Of a stretch of 64,000 nucleotides of DNA, positions 13,626-26,723 are shown piece after piece (positions within the stretch are counted from its first letter, which is position 1; every line of letters begins with the position of its first letter). The stretch lies in NCBI GenBank assembly GCA_010093815.1, contig ML996580.1; one strand, 5' to 3'. A program made the translations under genes and the position numbers. The notes below the pieces were generated by a model, which saw nothing but the letters and a program-made list of their open reading frames with translations, was not told the origin of the DNA and searched no databases. The stretch comes from Pseudovirgaria hyperparasitica. Lineage: Eukaryota.

Positions 13626-14516
13626 AACCTTATTAGATTGAGATGTGTTATAGCGATACTCTTAGTATAATGATATGATACTTATAGACGAAATCCAGAT
13701 CTTACTACTCAATTAAGACGTTATGACGATGAATTTAACGTAGCTATATTCGTATTACAAAAATGGGACTTAATTATATACATATGTACATATATACCTA
13801 CTTTGCTACACTTTCTGTAAGGAGTTACACTTTAAACAACGCGGCACTTATTATAGAGTCGGAGATATATACATACATGGCTATCTACTACGTCCAAGCA
13901 TAAGACATATATTAAGCATATATAATCTACATATAGATTCCACATATAGAATCCACATATATAACACGTAAATGTATATATAACGGGGTCTAGAGAATGT
14001 TATACGATCGAATAATAGATACTAGCTACCTGTTACTCCTCCTATACACATTTTCTAAATCCATGATATATCTATTTCTACCTTAAGACGCTACACTGTC
14101 ATTATAAGCTATCGATATACATACACCCTTCACCCTTTAGATACGACAATACATATACACGCTCAGGCTCTAGTCTAGACGCCATAATAAACACGTCGTC
14201 GACACCTGACTGGCTACCTAACTGTGTGTTCAAGCTTTGAGAACTAGACGATTGATCAAATATTATGAGGTCCACGTATCTAAGCTTTGAGAACTGGATG
14301 ATTAGTGGATATTACAAGGCCTGTCTACTTAGAAGTGGGATTTGTTTCATTGGAACGAAACGCAGTCAAGTAAACTAGAGTGAACTAGAGTGGTAATTAT
14401 CTTAAGATAGCTTGCACGACGTCTAATGCCTTGGTGGAATATGCGAAGAGTGATTGTTTTAGCATTGACTGCTTAATACCTAGACAGACAAGACATTGAT
14501 ACATGGACAAACAGAC

Positions 14517-14606
14517 AGTCAGGTAGTCAGGTAGTCAGGTAGTCAGGTAGTCAGTTAGTCAGGTAGTCAGGTAGTCAGGTAGTCAGTCAGTCAGTCAGTC
14601 AGTCAG
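14517..14606. repeat. (AGTCAGGT)n grading into (AGTC)n tandem repeat
   Basis: Seen directly. Confidence 0.95.
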
Positions 14607-14764
14607 AACTACGTCTATACAACTTGCACTTGCCGTCAACTAGACCTCCTAGTCTTTGAGTTCTATAGAATATGGCAAATTCCCTTTATACTCCTGTTTC
14701 TATTCATCTTCTACTCTGTCTACTTTATATATACAGCTCTTTAACATACATACACCCACATAGA

Positions 14765-14845
14765 CTCTCTCTTACTCTCTCTCTTACTCTCTCTCTCTTA
14801 CTCTCTCTCTCTTACTCTCTCTCTCTTACTCTCTCTCTCTTACTC
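14765..14845. repeat. (CT)n-TA compound microsatellite
   Basis: Repeated ctctctcttact units. Confidence 0.9.
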
Positions 14846-17800
14846 TATATATTCTACTCTATATGCGTATCTCTAATTTCTATATCTACATCTCCTTTTA
14901 TCTTGTATATATTCTTCTATTTATATTCTTTTCTACTATCTATAGCCTCTTAAGCTCTTCGGTAGGGATAACATGTATATGTAAGAGTGGTAGGAAGAAG
15001 GCATTCATTACCTCGTTGACTTCACTGTGTATATTTCCATGTATTGACCTCGTGCTTGTTATTTATGTGAGTTATAGGTATGTGGATCAACCTATCTACT
15101 TGTCCGCTTCCTTGCTTGATTTCTTGTTCTTATGCTACGTACGTAACTATTATAGTGCATATAATGCGACTATGATAAGTATCTAGTTCGTAGAACATGT
15201 GACTTCTTATGACTTGTATAGCTTCATGTATATATATGGTCTTTGCGATGGTAAAAGTAGATTCTATAATAATTTTTACTCTATAACTACGCATCTTTAT
15301 ATTACTACCACGGGACTTTAAAGAGATATTATATACTTATATACTTAGATGTACTAATAAGATATAGTTAAATAGAATAGTAGTCGTAGAGTAGGGTAGA
15401 GAAACACGAAGTGCGAATTCTAGTAGCAAGGATATACTATAGTATAGAAAGAGAACTTATATGGATTTTGTACTACCTATATAACTCTTTAATACGACTA
15501 ATTAGATTTTTATAGAGAATACTTAGAACGAAGACCTGGAGTATATACATTCTATATAGGATTCTACCTAGTATAATAAGCGGAGCTAGACTATTCTTCT
15601 ATCTCTAACCTTTTTAAGAGCTCTTTTTAATTCTTATCTATGTCTTTAGATATATTCTTTCTACGAATTTAAATACTTTAAGTTATAAACTATAAACTAG
15701 TACTATCCTTAGAATAGATACTTAATAGATAATTAAGACAACTACTAAGAGTCTAGCGAACTAAGATAGCTCTCTATACTCTTATCTACTAGAAATATTC
15801 TCTATAAACTTAAGTTTATCTTATGTTCTTTTCTTCTATAAGTTTATAGAGATCTAAGAAGAGATTAAATATAATAAAGTAAGTAGAAGAGATATATAGA
15901 AGTAGAAGCAAGCATAATCACAAGATAATATATCCTAGGTATAGTACTTTCTAACGAGCCGTTATAGTAGATAATCTTCGAGATAGATAATATGTTGTTT
16001 TTATATGATACTCGATACAAGCTATAAGGCTTATTGACAACCTTGAATCGTCCAAGCATAGAGCCATGTAATATGTTGTGCTGAGTGTGTCGCGTCCGAA
16101 CCGAGAATCGATTGTTGATGCCGTTCTGGACCTGAAGTGAATATTAGCGTGGCGGAAGTAAACATCCCACCCGGCCCCACCCCACTGTACCCCGCGCTCG
16201 CTTCGCGCTAGCGTGATCGCAATTACTAAATACGGCCCTCCGACACCCCACATGGTTCTTGCCGCCCCGGCTCGGTGAACATGGGTGCACTTCGTTCCAT
16301 ATATCTGGACTTATCACTTCCTCTCATTAATGGCTCTAATATTACTTGATAGTTCTTACACTGGATGTCTCTAACTCTCACGCAGGCGCTGAATCACGAC
16401 GGCAGATGATCGTGCGTTATCCATCTGCCAGCCAGTGGGTCTCCTGCAACTTCAAGCTCGACGAAGGATGCTTGCGATAGCGTGAGCCATGTACGCGCAC
16501 GCAGCGACAGGCTGAACAGCTCCGAGGCGCGCAAGAGCTGTCTTGAGAGGGCAAAGTGTCGATTTGCAGCCCAGTGAGCATGCTGATAGGTTGGGTCCGT
16601 AAAACGTATGCATTGGGCACAGGCCTCGGTAGAAATATCCTATTCGTGCCGAGTAGTGCCCTATGTCCAGACATTTGCCCTCGCACTGTGCAGAAGACGA
16701 AGAGCACGTATCAAACTGCGTGGCAGCGAGCGACAGACAAAGGACTTACTGCAACTGGTACTGTCAGGGACGTTCACCGTAGATGTATGCGCACGGGCTG
16801 ACTGCCGACTCCTACGCTGGTTCTCAGCTGTCTGACCATGCATGCGCTGCGAACTCTGGATATACTTGCATGCATAGCGCGAACGAGCCGGATGGGGTGT
16901 TTGGAAAACAGATACGGGCGTTCGGCGTCTACGGGTGACAACGTGCTTGCAGTGACTAGATGCTGACGAACAAACTAAAGACGCCGGCGTCACTTTGCTG
17001 ATGTCTAGCAAGCGCCCGCTTCGACATGTGGAAGCAGGAAGGCATGGAGTCGAACATTATTGTGCGAACGACAAGACATGTAAGTGGTGTGGACGTGGAT
17101 GAATGCTAATCTTCTATTCGCGGTAGTATCTGGGTGTCGATCAAGCAGCTGCTCTGAGAGTTGCGCGTATGCATGAGCAGGGAGCAATTGTGTCTCCAAA
17201 CAGACCGTTCGTGCGGCCGCGGACAGGGAAACCCAAATGGGCGTCTCATTGTCTATTTTGATGCCCCTCAGTACTGGTGTTGATCTTACGAAGACATGCT
17301 CATGTCCATGTCCAGATCCACGACTAGAAATGGCCAGTTCACTGACACTGTCGGCGGCAGCTTGAGCTTTTGGGACACTTCCCACAAGGTTCCGCCTAGA
17401 TGAGCGGGGTGATAGTATAAGTTACCTGGCTAGCGTCGCCGGCGGAGAGTGCCTAATACCAGTTTGCATGGGCCCTGGGGGCTGGGAAGAATCCCTTTCG
17501 CGAGGATATTCCTTTACCTCGGTCACAATTGTCACTAGAGATACTGATATTTGAGTATGTAGAAGTACTGTCTACTCGCAGGTCTGCGTGATATGTTGGT
17601 GATAGGAAAGATATTCAATTGGAGATATCGTAGTAGTATAGAGCTAGTAGTTCGCTGCCAGGTCTTTGACTTTGTAGGAGGAAGCTATTGTATCTTATCT
17701 TGGTCTGAGACATACCATAGCTTTGAGACACTCAGGACCCGCCGCGATAGTTTTCGTGTGACGTGCTCGTGAGAACATGCTGATAGAAAACGGACCTGTG

Positions 17801-18409
17801 GTTAGGCTGCAATCAACGATCAACGAGCTCGACGGTAGGTTTGTAAACATATCGACAAGAGGCTACCATAAAAGAAGACGTCCTTTATCGGTCTAGAAGG
17901 AATATCGTTCGTGTTGAGGTTACATAACATATAACGGCCCGTCATGACTTCCGTCCAGTCGCAGAGCACAGATCTTATTCCTGTCCAGACAACAGGAACA
18001 ACATACTATGGCAGTCCTAGCAGTCTGTCAAGTTGAGCCAGGGAGCACATTCGTAAGAATATGCGATTACCGCCTTTAGCCAGGGCGCCAATCGCAACGC
18101 CAACCCAAGTAAATGGGTAGAGAGATGTAATGAAAGTTGCCAAAATGGTCGAGACAAGAAAACGAAAAGAAAGAGCGGTCTTAGACTGTGATAATCGATG
18201 ACCACGAGAAAGGCAGCATTAAGTCTTGTGACACTAAAAGGTGATATAAAGTCTGACCGTCAAGTCTTTTCGCCCTGTTTCACTCTGGGAGGTGATTGGT
18301 GATTGCGAGATCCGTAAACTGAGGATTCCGGAGATTAACCAGCTTCACAAGTACTGACAGACGTGGATTTCATCCAAACTCTGTCCAAACGCCTTTTCAT
18401 TCCCATTTC

Positions 18410-19226
18410 CTACATCAGGGTGCATCCACAGCATCCGCTCTTCTTCTCGCCATCCTCCATATCCATCTTGCTGCGAGTATGGCCGATGGCTCCCTGTCCC
18501 TGGGCTCCTCCCCATGACGACATCTCCTTGTTATATCTGCGAATTTCCCTTACAATATCGTAGAATGAGTTGTCAACGTTGATGCGTGATTTTGCGGACG
18601 TCTCGATAAATTTGCATCCGAATTGTCGTGCCAAGTTCTGGCCCTCTGATAGTCATGAGTCAGTGTCCGGACACGCAAATGGGCTCGTGGGAATTCAAAC
18701 CTTGGGTTGAGACCTCCCGCTCTGACTCCAAATCGCATTTGTTTCCAACGACGATGATAGGGAAGTAGTCCTTATCCTTTACTCTAAGGATTTGTTGCTG
18801 GAACGTCATGATTTCCTCAAACGATTGCCTCGAAGTTATCGAGTACACCAGTAGGAAACCTTCGCCAGTCCGCATGTACTGTTCTCTCATGGCAGAGTAT
18901 TCCTCTTGACCGGCAGTATCCAGCACATCAAGAAGTGCAACTTCATCGTCAATCACGCATTGCTTGCGGTACGAGTCTGTACAGATTCCGTGAGATTAGC
19001 GTATGATTACTTCTGAGTTATCTTGAGAAGAAGCGAACCTTCGATTGTTGGATCGTACTCATCGACGAAGTGACTCTGAATCAGTTGGATAGTCAAACAA
19101 GACTTGCCCACACCACCACCTCCGACTACGACTAGTTTGTATTCGCGAAGAAACTGTGATAACGAGCTTATTTAGTGTCCAAATTCTTGAGGATTAGAAG
19201 TCATTGTTGCTAACCTTGGAAGCCAT
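18410..19226 (-). CDS. RAS1: Ras GTPase Ras1/RasA. Exons 19226-19215, 19153-19039, 18976-18701, 18645-18410
   Basis: Spliced [48 protein letters not shown]...DTAGQEEY...NKCD...ETSAK. C-terminus CCGCTLM has palmitoylation cysteines plus CaaX. Three GT-AG introns. Confidence 0.98.
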
Positions 19227-19705
19227 ATTGCGAGGACTTGATGGAGGACACTTTGCCGTCGTTGGTTTGCGATGTCGATGTAAGGGACGTCGGTTGGCAC
19301 TTGCTGCACGGTGTATCTACAGTAGCTTTGGGCGGTCAAGAACGGTCCGAACTCTAAGAAGCAGGGAAGACGATAAAATCCGCGGAAGGAGGAGGGTACA
19401 AGATTTCGCACGACTGAGGGAGCGTAGACGGATAAGAGCGTGAGAGATCAATCACAGCTTTGACCAGGAGCGGACTGGGGAGATGGATGAAATGAGAGAA
19501 GCAAGATGGTTGGGCGGAAGAGATGGTGGAGATGGAGAGAAAGGCTCGGTAGGTGGTATAGATGGTAAAAGTTGCAAGGTTTTAGCTAATTCGATAAGAA
19601 AGCACGGCCGCTAAGAGAGCCTTCCCTTTGGCTTCCCACCCTTCCTTTCGCGGTGCCCAAGACCACTCTCCTAACCACGAAGGGCTTGTTGGTCTGTTTC
19701 TCCTG

Positions 19706-19785
19706 CACGCACATACACACACGCACACACACACACACAACACATACACACACACGCACACACATGCACACATACACACATACAC
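19706..19785. repeat. Imperfect (CA)n microsatellite upstream of RAS1
   Basis: Seen directly. Confidence 0.9.
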
Positions 19786-21641
19786 CACTCTACGCTTGTC
19801 TCGTCCCTTTTGCTGGACATTACAACCAAGACGGGCGGCAATGGACAGGCAACCTGCATGGGTTGGCTTCTGCCTCACTTCAGGCTTCTTCTTCGCCATG
19901 CCTGGTTGGCACCTCTCTCTCGCAGCCACACAACAGACGGAGATGCGTGCTGCATTGTCACTTGTCACGACCACATCCATTCTTTGGCTCCATACTCCAG
20001 CCAATTGCGGTGCAGGCGCCATGACCATGGCTATTACGGTGAAGCGACCGCCGCGCGCGTGTGCAAGGGCTGCTATCTGTCTCTCTTCCAAGGTTGGTTG
20101 GTTATGGCTACTGACTACATAGTATCTGGTTCACTACACCCACATACACACACACACGATAACCTCCGAAACTACTTGCAGTCGCCGTCTCGTACTCACC
20201 GTAATACCTCGCTCCAGCATACTAAAAATAAGCCACCTCCACGTGCTTCCAGAATGAACGGCAGAAACCAGAGACTCGGCGTTCCGATGCCCTTTCGGGG
20301 CATTTCAAGGTTCCTCGTGTCTGTAGGGGCAATTGGTCGCAAGCATACCCCTGCCCTTGCGCATCTCTGCACCATCTACTATGTATGCTTTTAGTAGTGA
20401 TCGCCGCCACTTACAAAGGGGTCGAGTACGGCTTGTCAACTTCGCTCATCGCTAAGGCCCGGTCCTTGGACATACGTGTTATTAGGTAGTTGCTTGGACT
20501 GCAAATGGCTGAGAGGGGGCGGGACATGGTAACCACATATCTGCAGACCAGACTGCGTCCATTCATCATAATCGCCTTCTGGAATTATTTTCGAAGAACG
20601 AGTAGACATCATGTGCTTCACAACGGATGCGGGCGATCATGCAAGATGGTGGGCTAGCGGGTGTGCTGTGATACACGCACACAGCAAATTCTACCCATGA
20701 CTGGGTGGCCCCTGAGCGCCATCTAGCGACCACGCGCCCAGAGTGCCAATCGCATCCTCGATACGAATCGATCTCGACTTCTCCAGCTCACGTTCAAACG
20801 GCCACTTCAGTACTATGGCATGTGGTCATGAGTGGTTTCTTTGACAATATGTCGTTTTGTACTGCTTATATAGAACAGATGGTCAGTAGCCGTCATTAAT
20901 CTCTCCGACAGTCTCGTGCTTCCCAGTATTTAGCTCGACGATGCTAATCGTTCGTGTTGCATCGCTCCAGGCGTTAGCGAAAGCCAAAGGGACAGGGAAG
21001 GGCGCCCTGTTCCCCCTTTTAGCCATCTTCGAGAAGCAATGGAGGTTGGTTACCTCACTCTACAGCTACCTTACCCCAAGTACGAACAGCAATTATATTT
21101 CCGAGTGCCTCGCTGCCATTCCTCTCGGCATCTGTTGCCCATGTTGTGCCACTGCGGGCAAAAAATCCATCGGCGACATTTGTCAATTTGCACTTCGGCC
21201 GCTTCTATTCGTCTCGGATTGCTGAAACGTACCACTGCACTATTAGGTCTTGCAGAACGCATGGCAGCATGTTCCCTGCAAAGAACAGGTGTTTCCGACA
21301 ACGTCAGCATTGAGGAGTCAAATACCATGTCAGGCTCACTCTACGCCTCCTAGTCGTCGCGTGGCGAGCAAGCCTACAGATCCACTGCTGAAAGACTAGC
21401 CCTTACGATAGTATAGCTTCGATGAAAGACCTTGGAGCTATACTTGATAAGCTGTACACAATATTCGAGTACTTCGTCGTTGGCACGTTTGCCTCGGACA
21501 GCTGCCTTGACTGATAATAGGAAGATCGTACAGTTCGAAGATATTTCGCAGTAAACCTTCCCAACCTCAGCTGATACATTGACCAAGGATTTGACGATCC
21601 ATAGTTACAGGGATACAGCCGGACATCCTGGCTTTACATTA

Positions 21642-22750
21642 CTACTTCTCAGCGTTGTTGTCCGCTTCCAGCGCATCATCTTCGTCCTCGGTCGATACTC
21701 TATGTCCCCGAACAGCCTTTTCAACTTCAGGGACCAAGCTCTCCATGAATTCCAAATCCCGCCCAACCAGTGTGACTGTGTTACGATCCTTGCCCCACCT
21801 AGGATAGCTTCCAACCTTGATGCCTTTGGCCTCTACCCTACTGGCCAGTTCGGTCAGGTATTCCGCAACTGCACTTTCTGCAAGAGGTGTGGAAAATAAT
21901 AATCTATAGACGCCTTTGCCTTCGGGGTCGGTCAGGCGAGGTAATAGACTAGCTTTTAATCCCATCAGCATCTGCTCGAATAGCCTAGGAACACCTGGTA
22001 ATATGTGGACATTTCCATTGACCACACTGATTGGCACCCATAGTTCGTCTGAAACGAACACGACTTGGTCCTCGAGAGGCCTTGAATTATCGGTCGGAAG
22101 TATGATCATCCGTTTCTTTGCATTCAATGCTGGCGATGGCACATTCCAATCAAAGTCAGGTTGCGATTTATGTGGTCTTGATAGCCTTTTCATGCGCTCA
22201 AATGCCTCTGTATGCTCCTTTAATGGTAGGTCAAAAGCTTTTGCTATCGATTGGTAGGTGATATCGTCGTGCCTATACATGATATGGTTAAGCCGATACC
22301 AATACAACTACCCAGGTCATCACTTACGTCGGACCGATCCCTCCAGATGTGACCACCATGTCGTACGTCGTCGACATGCGCCTCGTAGCCTCTACGATCT
22401 CTGCCTCGTCATCGGCAATGACCTCAATCCTCTTCAGCTGTATCCCTAGGGAGAAGCAGTACTTGGCGAAAAAGGCCGAGTTCGAGTCTACTGTCTATGA
22501 TCACAATGCATCAGCATTTGAATGCAGCCTTGTTTGACTTTTTAACACTAACCTTCCCACCCAACACCTCGTCACCAATGATTATGCATCCTGCCGTATG
22601 TATCATCGCCTTCTGTCGCTCCGCAGCCATTATGCTTGCTGGCGCCGGATGCACGAGCGAACTCGTGAGACTCGATGCCGCTGAACGGTGCGCGTAGTTG
22701 GGAATCGGGCGGGAAAGGTGTCGTGCTAGTTGTGAAAGTCTGCTGTACAT
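21642..22750 (-). CDS. Molybdopterin-binding (MoCF_biosynth/CinA-like) domain protein, similar to yeast FAD diphosphatase Fpy1. Exons 22750-22553, 22494-22328, 22272-21642
   Basis: Spliced [18 protein letters not shown]...[15 protein letters not shown]...[10 protein letters not shown]...KVGSYP. Introns 22552-22495 and 22327-22273 are GT-AG and in frame. Confidence 0.9.
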
Positions 22751-23148
22751 GGGAGACCGTGCTACCTAGCTAAGCAGGTTGGCGATCTAGCTACAGGCGA
22801 AGTTTCGGAGGAGCACCGTGTGCTTATTGGGTGAGGTTTAGGAAAGTGTAGAGAGGTGAACAGAGGAGGAGGTTTAAGGCCTGTCCAGCACCCATCAAGT
22901 CGTTGACGTGATGTTCAATGTTCTAGCGTGCGGGTAGCTGGTGTGGAGCTCGTCTGAGAGCTCATGGATGGCCGTAGTACTGGGCTGGGTACTTATCGAT
23001 AGCCATTGCGAAGTGATCCATCTGTGCGGCCATTTGGGACGACAACTACAGACTTCTCAACGGTCAAACTGTCAACCTTGTCTTTTCATACTGCCTCCCC
23101 CAGGCTGCCCAATTTTCGATAGACCTCAATCAGATAAACCTGCGCAAC

Positions 23149-23827
23149 ATGGTTCGTCTTTTCCGTACATAATCGTTGAGTCACGACCATCCCTCGACAG
23201 ACCCCGCTTCTACAGATGCCTCATATTCCAACCCTAGATACATACGCTGTTGCTGATGCTGCGTACGTCAGGCTTCTGAATCGCGTCTATACCTCTTCTC
23301 CCAGGAGACTAAGGATAAGCTGAAGAAATTTCGTCTGGGCACATCGAGGGCGAAGGATGCGCAGGCAGTCATATGTATGATCTCATGGCGGCTATCGTGA
23401 ACTGGCCTGAGGCTGATGAACGCCGACGCCAGAAGACCAGATCGATAAGAAGACCCTCGAGATCTCTCAGGACGATGAGGAACAGACCTACACGGATATG
23501 ACACAGTTGGGAGAGGACTTGCCCGACCATGCGCCGAGATTCGTCCTATTGAGCTATCCGTTGACATTGGTATTGACAACTGCCCCCCAATGGCGACGTT
23601 ACCAGTTGAGTGATGCTGATGTGTGCTTGCGATAGGACTCAGGAAGGCTAAGCGTGCCATATGTTCTGTTATACTACCTACCTGCGACGTGTAATAGTGA
23701 ACTGAAGATGCTGTATGCTGGCGCAAAGGAGTTAATGAGGAATACAGCGGAAGTCAACAGGATCATCGAAATCGATAGTGCAGAAGATCTGGAAGAGATT
23801 GAAGAGACGTTGAAAAACCAATCTTGA
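23149..23827 (+). CDS. GMF1: Glia maturation factor (ADF-H family; Aim7/GMF). Exons 23149-23151, 23272-23374, 23436-23569, 23636-23827
   Basis: Absent from the ORF track. Spliced M/ASESRLYLFSQETKDKLKKFRLGTSRAKDAQAVI/YQIDKKTLEI...LPDHAPRFVLLSYPLTL/DSGRLSVPYVLLYYLPATCNSELKMLYAGAKELMRNTAEVNRIIEI; first exon is ATG only. Confidence 0.93.
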
Positions 23828-26279
23828 AAGAGACTCCTCAAGCCAGAACTCGAGACTGCACAATCGACATAAGCACGGCGAAGAAAGGGTTTCGCCCATA
23901 CAATGATCTAGGAATATGGCCAGGTTACTGAGGGAGCCATTTCGCACGAACTTACATCTAAGCCCACAAGGTTGATTTCCACATGCTTGACATGCCAATA
24001 CTATAGACATAACCATTATTCGACTCTAGTTCAGATCTCATTACTAAAACATATGTTGACCTACGACGGACGCATGTGCCAAGTCCCACCAACTTTTCTT
24101 TCACGGTTTGGGATAATACAATGTGGCCGAACCTGAAGGTTTATCCTGTTGGAGGTTCGTGAGATCAGCCATGGTTTACATCTGAGTCCTGTTTACCGTC
24201 CGCATTCTGCAACGCAACACCCACTTCATCCAAGACTTCTCAAGGTACAATCATAGCCTCCAGCTCTGAGATATCATACTAGCAACGAGAATTCATATGA
24301 TTCTCTCACCTTCTATTCCTGAACTAGGTACGACAGTCAGGAGGAATTTGTCCATACTAGATTCAAGATGTTCGATAGGCCCCTGGAACACGATGAGACA
24401 TATAGCAAAGGCAAATCGATTGCCGTTTTGATATCGCAGAGATCGGTGGTAAACGTCACAATTCTATACTGTCTCCTTGATGACCCTCATACACCTTAGT
24501 AATACCACACCATCAAACCAATATTGCTGAATAGGTGGATGAGGAGCGTGTGTGTAATTAGTGAAGGTGAGCGCATATTATTCCTCTAGGACCTCGAGGG
24601 GACAGACATGGAACTGTGGGCTTAGCCCCGATCGTCTGAGACACACCTCGAAACCACTGATATATGACCTCCTGTACCGTCTCGTGCGGGTAGACTTCCA
24701 AAGGTAGAATTCTAAGCAGCTTTCTGTTTCGCAGTATAGTGTTATCTTGTGGTTATTACTCATGACGTTCATGAGATTGAAGATCCTCATCGTAAATACC
24801 GGAAAACAAAGACGATCACCATCATAGCTCATCATGATTAAAATTGCGAATTCGTTGTTTGAATAGCACATTAGACGGCTGACCCATCAGACACAATGCC
24901 TATTTGGATACTCAGATTTACCTCATAGCTTGGGTAATTCAATCAGCAGAAACAAGCCTTTCAGCACGGTTGTCAGGCAAGAACATGAGAGTTATTAATA
25001 TGTAAAAGCAGTACTCTCGGAACTTTTGTTCAGTTCCGAAGAAATCCACGGCGGAAACTGGTTTGGACGAGTATTGTTGCCACGCAATGAGCTTCGATGA
25101 TTCTCGGAGAGACTCGTAGCTTTCCATTTCAGGAGTGTGCAAAAGCTCCATCCTCTGCAGAGAGATGATCATGTAAGATGGCACAAAGCTGCCAACAATC
25201 AACTAGGGTACCCCATAAATACATAAGAAGCAATGGTGAGGATTGACAGGGGTCAATCATGAGGCTGATAATGAACAACATGTACTGCTCGCTCATATTC
25301 TGACTTTTCAGATTGGGTATAACATAATGCGTACATTTTGCCGACAGCATGATTTGGGTGACTTGCATGTATCTTCACTTGCTTCTTCACGTTCAATCTG
25401 AATCACACCTCGTACTGTATATGATACCTAGTGGTAATGGTCATGCGGACTTGCTAGGAAGGGCCAACTTGCCTCAGTGATAATGATTGTCTTTGCTAGG
25501 ATGGCACTTTGGACCCAATCCTGATTTCTTCACACACCCAGAATGCAGATGTATATTGCCATAACAGGAGGCATCTGAATTCGGCGACGAACACCCCGAG
25601 TCAATGCCCTGGCGGAAGATAGCTTAGCCGATGGGAATTAGAGCCAGTATATATCAAAACAAAGTCTGCCAGGTGGGCTCCAAGTCGTATATAACCACTG
25701 AGTCAGCAGTTTGTTCGCAGTGACTGGTTGGTATGCGCTGGATAGATTCATCGCAAGGTCTTGTCTGAGGACGAGGCTTTGTGGATCCATTCCCGGTATG
25801 TCTCCTCCACCACTCCACAAAGCCTGCCTAAGGTAAGGATTTCAATGTCCATTTAAACCTCAAACATATGTTATCAGGGTGTAGCAGTCGGTGCTTCGTC
25901 AGGCTGCAAGCGAAGCTGTCTGCAATGGCTCGTATTCGAAGCCTAAAAAATCCACATTCTGTTTCGATCTCGCGTTGGTATTTGTGTATTCAGTTCATCT
26001 TGCCTTCCTACGATCCGGCATGCTAAAGCTCGGTGACTACCATCAACATTCTCCAGATGTCTTCAGCAACGAGAACAGGATAGGCTCAAAAGTAGTAAGA
26101 CCGCAGTGACAGTGTTGAATAAGCCGTATACAGATGCAAGAAATTCAGGTCCAATCAATCCTTCTCATGCAAAATCTTGATTTGGGTATCCAACATTTAG
26201 GGGTAGGAGTAATGAAATTGCGATTGTACGGTGGACTATACCCCAAACCTAATGAGACGAATCTTTGCACTACCATCAC

Positions 26280-26723
26280 CTATCGTTCCAATGTCGAACC
26301 ACTCCTTGCATTCCCTGGCATCGGAATCTCGCCATATGGCCTCTCGTTCGCGTTGTCAGCCAGTAAACCTCCATTACTACTCCCAGTCCCCCCATTAGTC
26401 CCATTAGCCCCATGGCCCCCATCGCATCCATAGCTCGCACTCCTCCCGTGCGCATAGCTATCGCCACTCATGAGCCCGGTCCAATCATCCTCCCTTTTCT
26501 CTACGTCCAATCCGGGTCGTCCGCGGATCCGCCTATATGCATACTTTATGCGATCCCAATAGTAAAAGCCCAGGAAGATCAACATGAAGAGGGCGAGGAC
26601 AGGTATTGTAACGGCAAAGGCGATTACGAATGTGCGCACGGGGGGAGGGCCGTTGTCCGTGGCAGCGGTGGCGCGGGTGAGGAGTGTGTAAATCGAGGCT
26701 TCGAGGTTGTCAAGGACCGGCAT
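26280..26723 (-). CDS. Small single-pass membrane protein, unknown function
   Basis: MPVLDNLEA... with one hydrophobic span (FVIAFAVTIPVLALFMLIFLGFYYW), then basic residues (RIKYAYRRIR) and a Gly-rich tail. Confidence 0.7.
   Translation of the reverse strand: MPVLDNLEASIYTLLTRATAATDNGPPPVRTFVIAFAVTIPVLALFMLIFLGFYYWDRIKYAYRRIRGRPGLDVEKREDDWTGLMSGDSYAHGRSASYGCDGGHGANGTNGGTGSSNGGLLADNANERPYGEIPMPGNARSGSTLER

Larger units (their letters stand above)
13626..16050. mobile_element. AT-rich, RIP-like degenerate repeat relic (family not identifiable); boundaries approximate
   Basis: Visible excess of TA dinucleotides and loss of CA/TG, strongest at about 15250-15950; no credible ORF; embedded microsatellites. 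Confidence 0.6.

Noticed and set aside
7000..13670. Many 60-180 aa ORFs in the track, including a hydrophobic ORF at 7405-7773
   Set aside because: Low-complexity or microsatellite-derived, overlapping on both strands, often non-ATG starts, no motifs.
19582..20394. His/Thr- or Cys/Val-rich ORFs upstream of RAS1
   Set aside because: Translations of the (CA)n microsatellite.
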